DNA of 64,000 nucleotides from positions 694,028-758,027 of the forward strand of contig OY970175.1 of assembly GCA_963707865.1 (NCBI GenBank). Direction: 5' to 3'. Origin of the DNA: an uncultured bacterium. GTDB lineage: Bacteria; Patescibacteriota; Minisyncoccia; UBA6257; 2-01-FULL-56-20. This document shows, piece after piece, positions 47,875-56,918 of the stretch. The notes below the pieces were generated by a model. The model was not told the DNA's origin and did no database searches. It saw only the letters and a program-made list of their open reading frames with translations. The stretch's first letter is position 1. The number at the start of each line of letters is the position of its first letter. Made by a program: the position numbers and the translations under genes.

Positions 47875-48328
47875 TGGGGGAGGAATTTGGGCGCGCCATA
47901 CGCGAAGCCCCGAAGCCCGAACGTAAGTGAGCGGCTGAGGGGCTGAGCACACCATTTCGGAGGGGGTCTAGCGGAGTGAAGTAGGACTTGTGATTTTCAG
48001 AGACGAGGGTCGAAAAGATCAGAGTTTGCAGAGCAAACTGGACTTGCTACCCCTTCAATTCGATGCAGGGCAATTGAAGGGGTATTTGAAGGGGTAAGAG
48101 GGGTATCAAAATTCAGGAATTTTGGATAAAATACTCTCGAGCAGTCTCATATAAGCACACCAAGATAAGATTTTCCTCAACTCTACCAATTTTTTCGCGC
48201 GCCGCGCGGAGCGCGGCATAATGCGGCACGGGGGTAAATTCGATTTCTCTATTCCTCAGAGATACGTTCGAGCCGAAAATTTTTTGTACGGATGTCTTTT
48301 TGAGGGAGAGGGTGGGGGTAAGAGAGAT
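47875..48328 (-). repeat. Internal inverted copy of the element's circle junction (attP), 454 bp
   Basis: Equals 51003-51173 joined to 44414-44699 through a shared GTG (CAC at 48158-48160). Confidence 0.92.
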
Positions 48329-48333
48329 AGCTA

Positions 48334-49416
48334 TTAAAGCTCCTCGGATTTTTTAAGACGAAGGCGAGCCAGTTCTCTAAGGTCAAATTCTTTCTCCGAG
48401 CCTCTTATCCGGCCGCCGATTAATCCAAGATTGTAGGTTATTTCCTCGCTCGTGTTGCGCCAGTTAGTATCCTCAAGCGTTTTGTCGATTAACTTTTTGA
48501 CCTCAATGGGTGCCTTTTCCTTATCGCGTCCGGTTAAGGTGTCTTGAGCGGTGTATGGGAGCATCACCGATCCCCTGAATATTTCCGGCTTGCCGAATAC
48601 CAATTCCGTAAGCCCGTTCTGTTGAAAAACAGGAGTGAGTAGCCCCTGAACTTGGGCGACGCCTAGCACTTTTATCTTCTTGACCGCCTCGTCGATTGCG
48701 ATGTTCTCCGTTGAAAATTCATTTATATAATCCTTGCCGCCTATTTCCCAATTCTCCCTACTGTGATAGTGGCCTGAAACGTATTCTTTGCCTTCTTTCT
48801 CGGTCATGCAGAATATTTCCCTGTCTTTGAGAAAATTTTTATCAACCTTTGGCTTCTTCAGTTTTTCGTCTAGGTCGAGTATGTCATCCTCGTGATGGCC
48901 GCAACTTCCGCAAGTATATGAATCAATGAGCTTGTTTCCTTCGCGGCTGGATTTTTTCTCAAGCGTTGCCTTACACTTTGGGCACGATCGCGGTTCCGGT
49001 CGGTATTCTTCGCCGTCTTGGAAAAATTTGCGTACTTCGCGGCAGTTTTCGCATTTGAAATAGAAAAGGACTCGCTCCTTTTTGCCGTAGCCTTCCATAG
49101 TTTTCTCCACCATATCCATGTCGGAGCGGCATACGAGGCATAGCGCATTGAATTTTGGCCGAGCCTTTTCCAGTTTCTGATTGTATTCTCCAATAGCTTT
49201 TCTGCGATCCCTGATAGCCTCAAATTTATTCGCATACCGCTCGCCGCGCATGAAGTAGAGCGAGACCTTTCCGAACAGAACCCACATCGGGTCATTTTTA
49301 TTCTCCTTGATAGTCTTATCCATTCTCGCCACAAATTTGCGGCACTCCTCGACTGTTTCGCGGTCGTATTCGTCGCTATAAGCGGTGTCGTTCTTATCCG
49401 TTTCTTCGAGGTTCAT
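48334..49416 (-). CDS. Hypothetical protein with four CxxC pairs (zinc ribbons)
   Basis: CLVC, CENC, CPKC, CGSC. Confidence 0.8.
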   Translation of the reverse strand: MNLEETDKNDTAYSDEYDRETVEECRKFVARMDKTIKENKNDPMWVLFGKVSLYFMRGERYANKFEAIRDRRKAIGEYNQKLEKARPKFNALCLVCRSDMDMVEKTMEGYGKKERVLFYFKCENCREVRKFFQDGEEYRPEPRSCPKCKATLEKKSSREGNKLIDSYTCGSCGHHEDDILDLDEKLKKPKVDKNFLKDREIFCMTEKEGKEYVSGHYHSRENWEIGGKDYINEFSTENIAIDEAVKKIKVLGVAQVQGLLTPVFQQNGLTELVFGKPEIFRGSVMLPYTAQDTLTGRDKEKAPIEVKKLIDKTLEDTNWRNTSEEITYNLGLIGGRIRGSEKEFDLRELARLRLKKSEEL

Positions 49417-49422
49417 CTTCGA

Positions 49423-49626
49423 TTACTTGAGCAGGTTATTAACGGAAACGCCTAGAGCCTTAGCAATCTTCTCGACGTTTTTAAGAGAAATATTCCATAT
49501 GCCGCGCTCGATCTGGCTAATATAGGTCGGGTGGACGTTCAAAAGCTTGGCGAGGTCGCCCTGCGACATCCCCTTGTCGAGGCGGAGCCGCTTCATTCTC
49601 TTACCGAATTTGATAGATATATCCAT
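49423..49626 (-). CDS. XRE-family HTH regulator
   Basis: FGKRMKRLR...MSQGDLA...YISQIERG..NISL..VEKIAKAL. Confidence 0.93.
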   Translation of the reverse strand: MDISIKFGKRMKRLRLDKGMSQGDLAKLLNVHPTYISQIERGIWNISLKNVEKIAKALGVSVNNLLK

Positions 49627-49706
49627 GCCTATAAGTGCTCTTGTAAATATGGTAACAGGTGCGTTACTATTGTTCTATATAGAGGTAGGCCTCTATAATA
49701 AAAGAT

Positions 49707-51182
49707 ATGCCAAATTATTTTCTCTACGTCAGAAAATCGACCGACGTTGAAGATAAGCAAGTCCGCTCCATCGAAGATCAGCTTGCCGTTCTGCGTACTC
49801 TAGCTAGCACCGAGAAACTTCATATCATTGAGGAGTTTGTCGAGAAGCAGTCCGCGAAAGTGCCCGGCCGGCCAGTTTTTGACGAGATGCTCCGCCGCAT
49901 CGAAAAGGGCGAAGCCTCCGGCATCGTCTGTTGGAAGTTAGATCGTCTCGCTCGCAATCCGGTGGACGGAGGGCAGATAAGTTGGTTCTTGCAGAGGGGC
50001 ATCATCCAGCATATCCAGACTTATGAAAAGAGCTATCGTCCCGCGGATAACGTCATTATGATGAGCGTCGAGTTCGGGATGGCGAACCAGTATATTTTAG
50101 ATTTGAGCGCGAACACCAAACGCGGCCTGATGGAGAAGGTGAAAAGAGGCGAATATCCGTCGCTCGCCCCGATCGGATATATCAACGATCCGCGAAGCAA
50201 AACGGTAATCCTTGATCAGAAAAAGGCTAGCATCATTCGCGGCGCGTTTGAACTCTACGCCGAGGGCAATTCCCGTCTTGGGGACGTATCTGTGTTTTTC
50301 GCAAAGCAAAATTTCTTCTCCAAAATCGGCAACACCTATCATCGGGACAGGATCACCCGTATTCTCTCCAATCCTTTCTATTGCGGCTTTTTCCGCTATG
50401 CCGGAGAGATACACGAAGGCAACCACGAGCCGATCGTTTCAAAGCAACTGTTCGATAAGGTGCAGGATATCCTAAAGAAGAAAGGGCGGCCGCATCACAA
50501 GCAGAAGAACGACCCTCGCCCGTTTTGCGGCCTGTTCCGGTGCGGCGAGTGCGGAATGATGGTAACGGCCGAAGTCCAAAGAAAGCACGCCTATTATCGG
50601 TGCACGAAGAAGTCCTCCATACGCTGTTCCCAGCCCTATATTAGAGAGGAGGTTTTGGATAAACAGCTATCGGATATTCTCAAAAATTTTGCCATGCCCT
50701 CGGCATGGGCGGAGAATTTATCGCACAGAGCGGACAAAGATAGCGAGGAGACCACCCGTTCCGTGGCGGCTTTTGTTCAAGAGTTGCGGTCTCAAATATC
50801 GGACATCAACCGCAAGCTCGAGCGGCTTCTTGAGACGTATTTAGAGCAAGATATCGAACGGGACGTGTACCGAGAGGAGAAGGCAAAACTCCTCTCGTCC
50901 AAGAAGTCGCTTACGGAGCAAATCGCCCGTCTTGAACAAAAGCAAAACGCATGGCTCGAACACTTCCGAGACTGGCTGAAAGACGCACAGAATCTGAACG
51001 AAATCTCTCTTACCCCCACCCTCTCCCTCAAAAAGACATCCGTACAAAAAATTTTCGGCTCGAACGTATCTCTGAGGAATAGAGAAATCGAATTTACCCC
51101 CGTGCCGCATTATGCCGCGCTCCGCGCGGCGCGCGAAAAAATTGGTAGAGTTGAGGAAAATCTTATCTTGGTGCCCTCGTGA
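49707..51182 (+). CDS. Large serine recombinase/integrase
   Basis: YVRKST catalytic Ser, SIEDQ, DRLARN, recombinase domain (NPFYCG, HEPIVS), zinc ribbon CGECG/YYRC, coiled coil. Confidence 0.96.
   Translation: MPNYFLYVRKSTDVEDKQVRSIEDQLAVLRTLASTEKLHIIEEFVEKQSAKVPGRPVFDEMLRRIEKGEASGIVCWKLDRLARNPVDGGQISWFLQRGIIQHIQTYEKSYRPADNVIMMSVEFGMANQYILDLSANTKRGLMEKVKRGEYPSLAPIGYINDPRSKTVILDQKKASIIRGAFELYAEGNSRLGDVSVFFAKQNFFSKIGNTYHRDRITRILSNPFYCGFFRYAGEIHEGNHEPIVSKQLFDKVQDILKKKGRPHHKQKNDPRPFCGLFRCGECGMMVTAEVQRKHAYYRCTKKSSIRCSQPYIREEVLDKQLSDILKNFAMPSAWAENLSHRADKDSEETTRSVAAFVQELRSQISDINRKLERLLETYLEQDIERDVYREEKAKLLSSKKSLTEQIARLEQKQNAWLEHFRDWLKDAQNLNEISLTPTLSLKKTSVQKIFGSNVSLRNREIEFTPVPHYAALRAAREKIGRVEENLILVPS
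51003..51173 (+). repeat. Arm B (171 bp, integrase 3' end), perfect inverted repeat of 48158-48328
   Basis: Checked base by base; no mismatches found. Confidence 0.95.
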
Positions 51183-51243
51183 GGAATTGAACCTCAATCT
51201 TCTCCTTCGGAGGGAGACGTCCTATCCGTTGAACTACGAGGGC
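51169..51243 (-). tRNA. tRNA-Arg(CCG)
   Basis: Acceptor GCCCTCG/CGAGGGC+A-CCA; anticodon arm TCTCC-CTCCGAA-GGAGA; T-arm TGAGG-TTCAATT-CCTCA. Confidence 0.96.
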
Positions 51244-51323
51244 CCTACTCTGCACGCATGTGTTTGGCTGAACTCGTCTTCGCGCGAGGGCAAACGTATT
51301 CGCGCAGAGCAGGGCTACGTCCG

Positions 51324-52439
51324 TCAGTGTACTACAAACGTCCACACTTCGTAAACGGCGCCGATCACGAAAACGGCGGCGACGATATCAAGAAGAAATC
51401 TCTTCGTGGCAGAGAGCACGAGCGCCCGCCGGCCAACGGAGATAATAAGAAGATATTGCAAACTAAAGAAAAGTCCGCCAACAAGGCCAACGACCGTGAG
51501 AAAATTATTCAGGCCGAGGCCGATGAGCGCGGGCGGCAGAAGCAGAATGAGCGAGCGCGAAGCGAGCCGGCTCCATCCAAGATCATTCTCAAGTGCATTT
51601 TTTATCTCACGGGAAATCGGCACGTAGACGGTCGCAATCGCAAGCAAACCGAAGACGGCGATTATCTCTTTTTTCCAAAGAGGCCAGCCCACGAGGCCGG
51701 AAACCGTGTCGGGCGTGACCGCAGACGCAGAACCGAGGATGCCGGCGACAAACATTATATAGAGCAGCGCCACTACAAATGACCCGAATGCAAGTGCCCG
51801 CCACGGATCCGCCGCGGCGCCCGATCCCCTGCGCGATTCATAGGCAGGTTCCACGCTTGTCCACCCCGCGAGCGCGAAGAGAACGACGCCGAACGGCAGG
51901 AAAAGATTTTTAGCGTTGATTGCAGGGATACCGGCGAACGTCACCGCGGGCCAGGCGCTCGCAAAGATGAAAATGATGATGGCGGCGGTGCAGACAATGC
52001 CCGTAAGTTCAAGTTCCACCACACGCCGATCGCTTACAAAAATGGGAATGGCGGTAAAAAGCCAGAATACAAGAAGCGCAATATGGGGTGTGACGGCCGG
52101 GAAGGCAAGGTGCACGAACTGCGCGCCAAGAATAAGATATACGACGAGTGTGAGGAGGAGTCCGAGCACGATCGCGGCGAACCCGACCCAGAAACCGCTT
52201 GTCCCAAAATATTTCCTCGCGAGCCCCAAGAGCCGTTCCCTTTCGCCGATTTTCTCAAGTGTTTTCAAATAGACCACATGCGCCGCGCTCACGAACGCCG
52301 CGAGGACAATCAAATAAAAAAGGCTGACGAGCCAGCCCGATTGGTAAAAAAGATAAGGGAGTGCGAACACGCCGTCTCCCACCGTCGCTGCGGCAACGAT
52401 CGCGGCGACCTTCAAAAATCCGCCCCGCAGTGACCTCAT
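51324..52439 (-). CDS. Aromatic amino-acid permease family transporter
   Basis: ATVGDGVFALPY..YQSG, FLPFGVVLFALAG; about 11 TM helices. Confidence 0.85.
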   Translation of the reverse strand: MRSLRGGFLKVAAIVAAATVGDGVFALPYLFYQSGWLVSLFYLIVLAAFVSAAHVVYLKTLEKIGERERLLGLARKYFGTSGFWVGFAAIVLGLLLTLVVYLILGAQFVHLAFPAVTPHIALLVFWLFTAIPIFVSDRRVVELELTGIVCTAAIIIFIFASAWPAVTFAGIPAINAKNLFLPFGVVLFALAGWTSVEPAYESRRGSGAAADPWRALAFGSFVVALLYIMFVAGILGSASAVTPDTVSGLVGWPLWKKEIIAVFGLLAIATVYVPISREIKNALENDLGWSRLASRSLILLLPPALIGLGLNNFLTVVGLVGGLFFSLQYLLIISVGRRALVLSATKRFLLDIVAAVFVIGAVYEVWTFVVH

Positions 52440-52708
52440 TCGACGGAATACACCGAATCTCCTTCGTGGACCTTTTCGCTTACCTTGATGCCCACCTGCT
52501 CGCCCTTCGGCGCCTTGTCAATCGGCTTGTGATCGTACTGCATAGAATCCACCATCTCCTCAAAATCGGTCGTCGCCCCTTTGAACGCAATTCTCGTCCC
52601 TACGGGCACCTCTTTGTTGAATTCTACGATCGCAACCCCGATCTTGTTATAGAAATGGGTGACCTTGCCGATGGGCTTGGGCGCTTTCGGAGCCTTTTTG
52701 GTAGCCAT
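52436..52708 (-). CDS. Small EF-Tu domain-II-like / U32-peptidase C-terminal-like protein
   Basis: IGKVTHFYNKIGVAIV...VDSMQYDH...VGIKVSEKVHEGD. Confidence 0.78.
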   Translation of the reverse strand: MATKKAPKAPKPIGKVTHFYNKIGVAIVEFNKEVPVGTRIAFKGATTDFEEMVDSMQYDHKPIDKAPKGEQVGIKVSEKVHEGDSVYSVE

Positions 52709-52719
52709 GGGTTTTACGT

Positions 52720-53328
52720 TTATTTTTTGGCGCGACCTTTACTCGGACTTGTTTCTTCCTCTTCCGCTTCAATCATCGCGACCACTTTGTCTAAGAGCGA
52801 CTTCGGGTCGGGATCAAAGACCACTTTCCCCGTGCCGCGATGCGCCACCTGGAGAATATGCTCAATCTCGTCGCTCTCCCCGCCAGTTCCTGTCAAAACC
52901 CCCTGCGGTTTTTTGTCTTCGAACGCGATGGTGAATTCATTGAGTGTCCCTACGCGACCGCAGATCGTGATCACGGCGTCGGCCGTGCGCGTGAGGAGCA
53001 GGTTTCGTCCGGAATAGTCAAAGCCGGTATAAACAATGAGGTCGTGGTAATCAAGCGGCAGGTGGTAGCTTTTCACGTGCGCGAGTTTCGACGCAGCTGG
53101 CGAAAGCCCGATCACGATGCCCCCGGCTTCCTTCGCTCCTTTTGCAGCCCAGTATGGAATGCCAGTTGTGGCGCCCGTCACGAGTACCATCCCGCGCTCC
53201 GCGATCATGCGGCCCATCGCTTCGGCCTTCTCGAGCGTCCCCGGCGTCGCGATATCCGTCACGGCGGAGCCGGAAACGCAGATTTTATATTTGAGGTAGG
53301 TCTTTGAAAGCTCCGGTGTCATATTCAA
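52720..53328 (-). CDS. LOG/SLOG-family protein
   Basis: VTGATTG, AKGAKEAGG..IGLSP, RNLLL...DAVITICGRVGTLNE. Confidence 0.87.
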   Translation of the reverse strand: MNMTPELSKTYLKYKICVSGSAVTDIATPGTLEKAEAMGRMIAERGMVLVTGATTGIPYWAAKGAKEAGGIVIGLSPAASKLAHVKSYHLPLDYHDLIVYTGFDYSGRNLLLTRTADAVITICGRVGTLNEFTIAFEDKKPQGVLTGTGGESDEIEHILQVAHRGTGKVVFDPDPKSLLDKVVAMIEAEEEETSPSKGRAKK

Positions 53329-54671
53329 ATGATAACCGATTCCTTTTCTTTCGGCACCTCAGCAGCCACCACAAGCTCGTCTCTGATTTTTTGCGCAAGC
53401 GCCTCACTAGCCGCTTCTTCTCCCTGCACGACGAACACTTTTTTAAGCGTGTGCCGCATGGGGGAAAGCCATGCCATGAGGAGCGGCTGGTCAGCGTGTG
53501 CGGAGTAACCGGGGATGTTCACTTTTTTGCAGCGCACGGGAACCGTCTCGCCGAAGATCCGCACCTCCTGTGCGCCGTCCAAGATCGCGCGGCCGAGCGT
53601 TCCTTTTGCCTGGTAACCGATAAAAAGAATCGTGCTTTTAGGATCGGGGAGGTAGCGTATTTCGTGATGCAGGATGCGGCCGCCGTTTGACATACCCGAT
53701 CCTGCAACCACCACCTTCGGCGGCGGAGTGTCATTAATCTCTTTTGATTGCTCCGTTGTAAGCGTGAGATGCAAACCGGGAAAATTCAAAATGTCGTCGC
53801 CGGATCTTGCGATGTGGGCGGTTTCCTTATTGAAATAATTTTCGTACTTTTTGTAGACCGCCGTGAGCTTGATCGCGAGCGGACTATCAATAAACACGGG
53901 CACACGCGGGATGCGCCCTTCTTCGAACAGCTGGTGAAGGTGATAGAGCAGCTCCTGCGTACGCTCCATCGCGAACGTTGGGATCATGAGCGTGCCGCCG
54001 GTCCTTACCGTGTCTTCTATCACGTCCTCAAGCTGCTCCCGGCGCTTATCTACGTTCTCGTGCACGCGGTCACCGTAGGTTGATTCAATCACACAGTAAT
54101 CCGCCTCGCTTAATTTTTCCGTCGGTTGAATGATAGGCGACGGTGAATTGCCGAGATCTCCCGAAAAGACGATCGTCTTCCCTTCGGCTTTTATCCGTAT
54201 GCTCGCGGAACCCAAAATGTGCCCCGCATCAAAAAGTTCGACAGTGAAAGCTCCCACGGTAACCGGCTCGTGATAGCGAAGCCCTTGCCAGTGCGTGCGT
54301 AGCTGCATAATGTCTTCCGTAGTGTAGAGTGGCGCTTTCTCTTCGCGCTCTGCTTCTTTGCCGAGAATGTGCTCAGAGTCAAGGAGCATAAGCTCCGCGA
54401 AATCCTTCGTCGCCGCCGTGGAATAGACCGTGCCGTGGAACCCAGCGCGGACGAGCGAAGGAAGGCGGCCCGTATGGTCAAGATGGGAATGAGTGATAAA
54501 GACGGCGGCAATGTCTTTCGGGTCGTACGGGAACGGGTCAAAGTTCCGCCGCTCGGCATAGTGGCTTCCTTGGTGCAAGCCGCAGTCCACCATGATCTTC
54601 GTGGCACCGGATTCCAAAAGATAGTTCGCGCCCGTCACTTCGCCCACGCCGCCGTAAAAGGTAAGTTTCAT
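53325..54671 (-). CDS. MBL-fold beta-CASP nuclease
   Basis: EVTGANY, THSHLDHTG, AGHILGS, ESTYG, SAHAD. Confidence 0.92.
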   Translation of the reverse strand: MKLTFYGGVGEVTGANYLLESGATKIMVDCGLHQGSHYAERRNFDPFPYDPKDIAAVFITHSHLDHTGRLPSLVRAGFHGTVYSTAATKDFAELMLLDSEHILGKEAEREEKAPLYTTEDIMQLRTHWQGLRYHEPVTVGAFTVELFDAGHILGSASIRIKAEGKTIVFSGDLGNSPSPIIQPTEKLSEADYCVIESTYGDRVHENVDKRREQLEDVIEDTVRTGGTLMIPTFAMERTQELLYHLHQLFEEGRIPRVPVFIDSPLAIKLTAVYKKYENYFNKETAHIARSGDDILNFPGLHLTLTTEQSKEINDTPPPKVVVAGSGMSNGGRILHHEIRYLPDPKSTILFIGYQAKGTLGRAILDGAQEVRIFGETVPVRCKKVNIPGYSAHADQPLLMAWLSPMRHTLKKVFVVQGEEAASEALAQKIRDELVVAAEVPKEKESVII

Positions 54672-54677
54672 ACGATA

Positions 54678-55982
54678 TTAATTGTAATCTTTTTCCTCGA
54701 GCGCCTCCTCAAACGCCTGCCGCTCGTTCCAAGGGATCCTCCCGCCATCCGCGACGTGGATGCAACCCTCGCTTCCCTTGCCCGTGCCGATTACGACGTC
54801 GCCCGCCCGCATGAGCGCGAACGCCTTTTTGACCGCTTCCCGCCTGTCCAATATTTCATAGACGTTAACGTATTCCAGATCCTCATCCGAAATCCCCACG
54901 CGTATCTCACGGATGATTTCCGCAGGGTCTTCGTCGTATGGATCTTCATCGGTAAGAATGATCTCGTCGCAGTATGCTGCGGCGATTTTCCCGAATTCCC
55001 TGCGTTTCCACTTATCGCGTCCGCCGCCCGCCGCACCCAGGACGCAGATAAGGCGCGCGTCGGGATAGTTCGCGTTCGGCTTCGGTTTCGCCGCCGCGTA
55101 GGCCGCCTTGAGCGAATCGGGCGTGTGCGCGTAGTCCACAATCGCGGTATAGGGACCCTTCGTTAAAAATTCCATTCGCCCCGGCACCCCATTAAAAGAC
55201 GTAAGTGCGCGTATAATGGCTGTTTCGTCAATCTCAAGGTCCGTCGCGATCGCAACCGCCGCCGCCGCATTTTGCGCATTGAAATGAGTGAGAACGAACC
55301 GTGGTGCTGACGCCCGCCTCGCAAAGCTCGGCTCCCCAATCTCCGCAAGAACTTTTTTAATTTGTTCGTCTTCGGTGGAATACGATCGTGTTTCCCGCGC
55401 CGCAAGCGCGTTACTGAAAAATTCAAAATGCTGGTCGTCGCGATTCAAAAGTATCCTGCCACCCTTCACAAGCACATAGTTCAAGAAGTCCAACTTCGCC
55501 TGCCGATATTTTTCAAAAGAACCGTGTGATTCAATATGTTCCGGCGCAAGATTAATCATTGCAGCGATCTTCCAATTGATAAAACGATGGCGATGCTGCG
55601 TGACACCTTGCGACGTGACCTCTATGATCGCGTAATGGCACCCCGTGAGTAATCCTTGGGCGAGGAAGTGCTGTATGCGCGCGCGTCCAGGCATTGAATT
55701 GCTGCCCGGATTCTTTTCGCTCGTTTCCCCGATTTTGATGCGCAGAGACGAAAGCAACGCGGTCTTTTTTCCTGCTGCCTCAAGCATCGCGTTCAAAAGC
55801 TCCACCGTCGTCGTTTTCCCCTTTGTGCCCGTGACGCCGATCACGAAAATTTTTCTACTCGGCCTACCATACCAAAGTGCCCCAAGCCACGCCCAGAGAA
55901 AATGGTACGCCGAAACAAGACGCGGAGAATCGTAGAAGAACCGTGCGATGCGCGATCGCTTGAACTTTTCCATCGCTGCCAT
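54678..55982 (-). CDS. murE: UDP-N-acetylmuramyl-tripeptide synthetase (Mur ligase)
   Basis: GVTGTKGKTT, EVTSQG, PGRME, VDYAHTPD, GGRDKWKR, EDPYDEDP, GKGSE. Confidence 0.88.
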   Translation of the reverse strand: MAAMEKFKRSRIARFFYDSPRLVSAYHFLWAWLGALWYGRPSRKIFVIGVTGTKGKTTTVELLNAMLEAAGKKTALLSSLRIKIGETSEKNPGSNSMPGRARIQHFLAQGLLTGCHYAIIEVTSQGVTQHRHRFINWKIAAMINLAPEHIESHGSFEKYRQAKLDFLNYVLVKGGRILLNRDDQHFEFFSNALAARETRSYSTEDEQIKKVLAEIGEPSFARRASAPRFVLTHFNAQNAAAAVAIATDLEIDETAIIRALTSFNGVPGRMEFLTKGPYTAIVDYAHTPDSLKAAYAAAKPKPNANYPDARLICVLGAAGGGRDKWKRREFGKIAAAYCDEIILTDEDPYDEDPAEIIREIRVGISDEDLEYVNVYEILDRREAVKKAFALMRAGDVVIGTGKGSEGCIHVADGGRIPWNERQAFEEALEEKDYN

Positions 55983-55983
55983 T

Positions 55984-56562
55984 TTATCTTTTTCCGAGCG
56001 CGCCGAGCGCTGTTTTCAGCCGCTCTTCCATGCCGTGCACTTTTGGATCAACTTTTCCGAGCGCTGCACGCGCCTCCTCGCGCCGATATCCGAGATTCAC
56101 AAGCGCCTCCACGATGTCCGTATCGTCCTCCATCTTTTCCACGACTAAACCCGATCTCGCCGACTGTACTTTCGTCCTCAGATCAAGAATGATCCGCTCC
56201 GCCGTCTTCCGACCGATCCCCGACGCACGCGTGAGCAAATCCGGCCGAGCCTCCTTGATCGCAGCCGAGAGTTCGTCCAGCTTTGCGACATCCAATACGG
56301 AGAGCGCCGACCTCGGCCCTACGCCCGAAACCGATATCAAAAGTTCGAAAAACGCGAGCTCTTTCTCGGACAAAAACCCATAGAGCTCCAGCCCGTCCTC
56401 GCGCAGATATAAATATGTAAAAATTTTTACCTCGCTTCCCGTGACCGGAAGCGCCGCGAGCGTCCGCCCGCTTACAAAAATCTTCAATCCAAGCCCCCCC
56501 ACTTCCACCACTACGAACCGATCGGCTTTCAAGGCTAATTTCCCCAATGCGCTGTAAAGCAT
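55984..56562 (-). CDS. ruvA: Holliday junction branch-migration protein RuvA
   Basis: LYGF, SVSGVGPRSAL, GIGRKTAERI, ALVNLGY. Confidence 0.96.
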   Translation of the reverse strand: MLYSALGKLALKADRFVVVEVGGLGLKIFVSGRTLAALPVTGSEVKIFTYLYLREDGLELYGFLSEKELAFFELLISVSGVGPRSALSVLDVAKLDELSAAIKEARPDLLTRASGIGRKTAERIILDLRTKVQSARSGLVVEKMEDDTDIVEALVNLGYRREEARAALGKVDPKVHGMEERLKTALGALGKR

Positions 56563-56642
56563 TTGATTCCATTATTCCACAAACTTGAAACCCGCGCCAA
56601 GGACTTGCCACGATCGGATTTTTCGTTTATCCTACCTCCTAT

Positions 56643-56918
56643 ATGCCAATTACCACATCTGCAAAAAAGGCTCTGCGCCAGAACCGAACGCGGCACGCAA
56701 AAAACCTCCTGAAAAAGGAGGCCTATAAAAAGGCAGTGACAAACTACCGCAAATTGGTTGCCGCAAAAAAGATGGACGAAGCGCAGAAAACGCTCTCGTC
56801 CGTATTTAAGATGCTCGATAAGGCAGCGAAAACGAAGGTGATCGAGAAGAACAAGGCGAACCGTTTGAAGTCCCGCCTTGCTCAACTGAGCGCGAGATCC
56901 AGCAAAACCTCTTCGTAG
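56643..56918 (+). CDS. rpsT: 30S ribosomal protein S20
   Basis: MPITTSAKKALRQ...LDKAAK...KNKANRLKSRL. Confidence 0.96.
   Translation: MPITTSAKKALRQNRTRHAKNLLKKEAYKKAVTNYRKLVAAKKMDEAQKTLSSVFKMLDKAAKTKVIEKNKANRLKSRLAQLSARSSKTSS

Larger units (their letters stand above)
44414..51173. mobile_element. Large-serine-integrase element integrated at the tRNA-Arg(CCG) 3' end (GTG core at both ends)
   Basis: Ends defined by the internal junction copy; integrase plus XRE plus R-M cargo; right end overlaps the tRNA 3' end. Confidence 0.85.

Noticed and set aside
44414-48160. Composite transposon or IS pair flanking the R-M genes
   Set aside because: The arms encode no transposase, and the right arm is fused precisely to the integrase 3' end; an attP copy explains this better
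44414-51173. Repeat pairs as diversity-generating retroelement TR/VR
   Set aside because: Copies are perfectly identical with no adenine-specific mismatches, and there is no reverse transcriptase in the window
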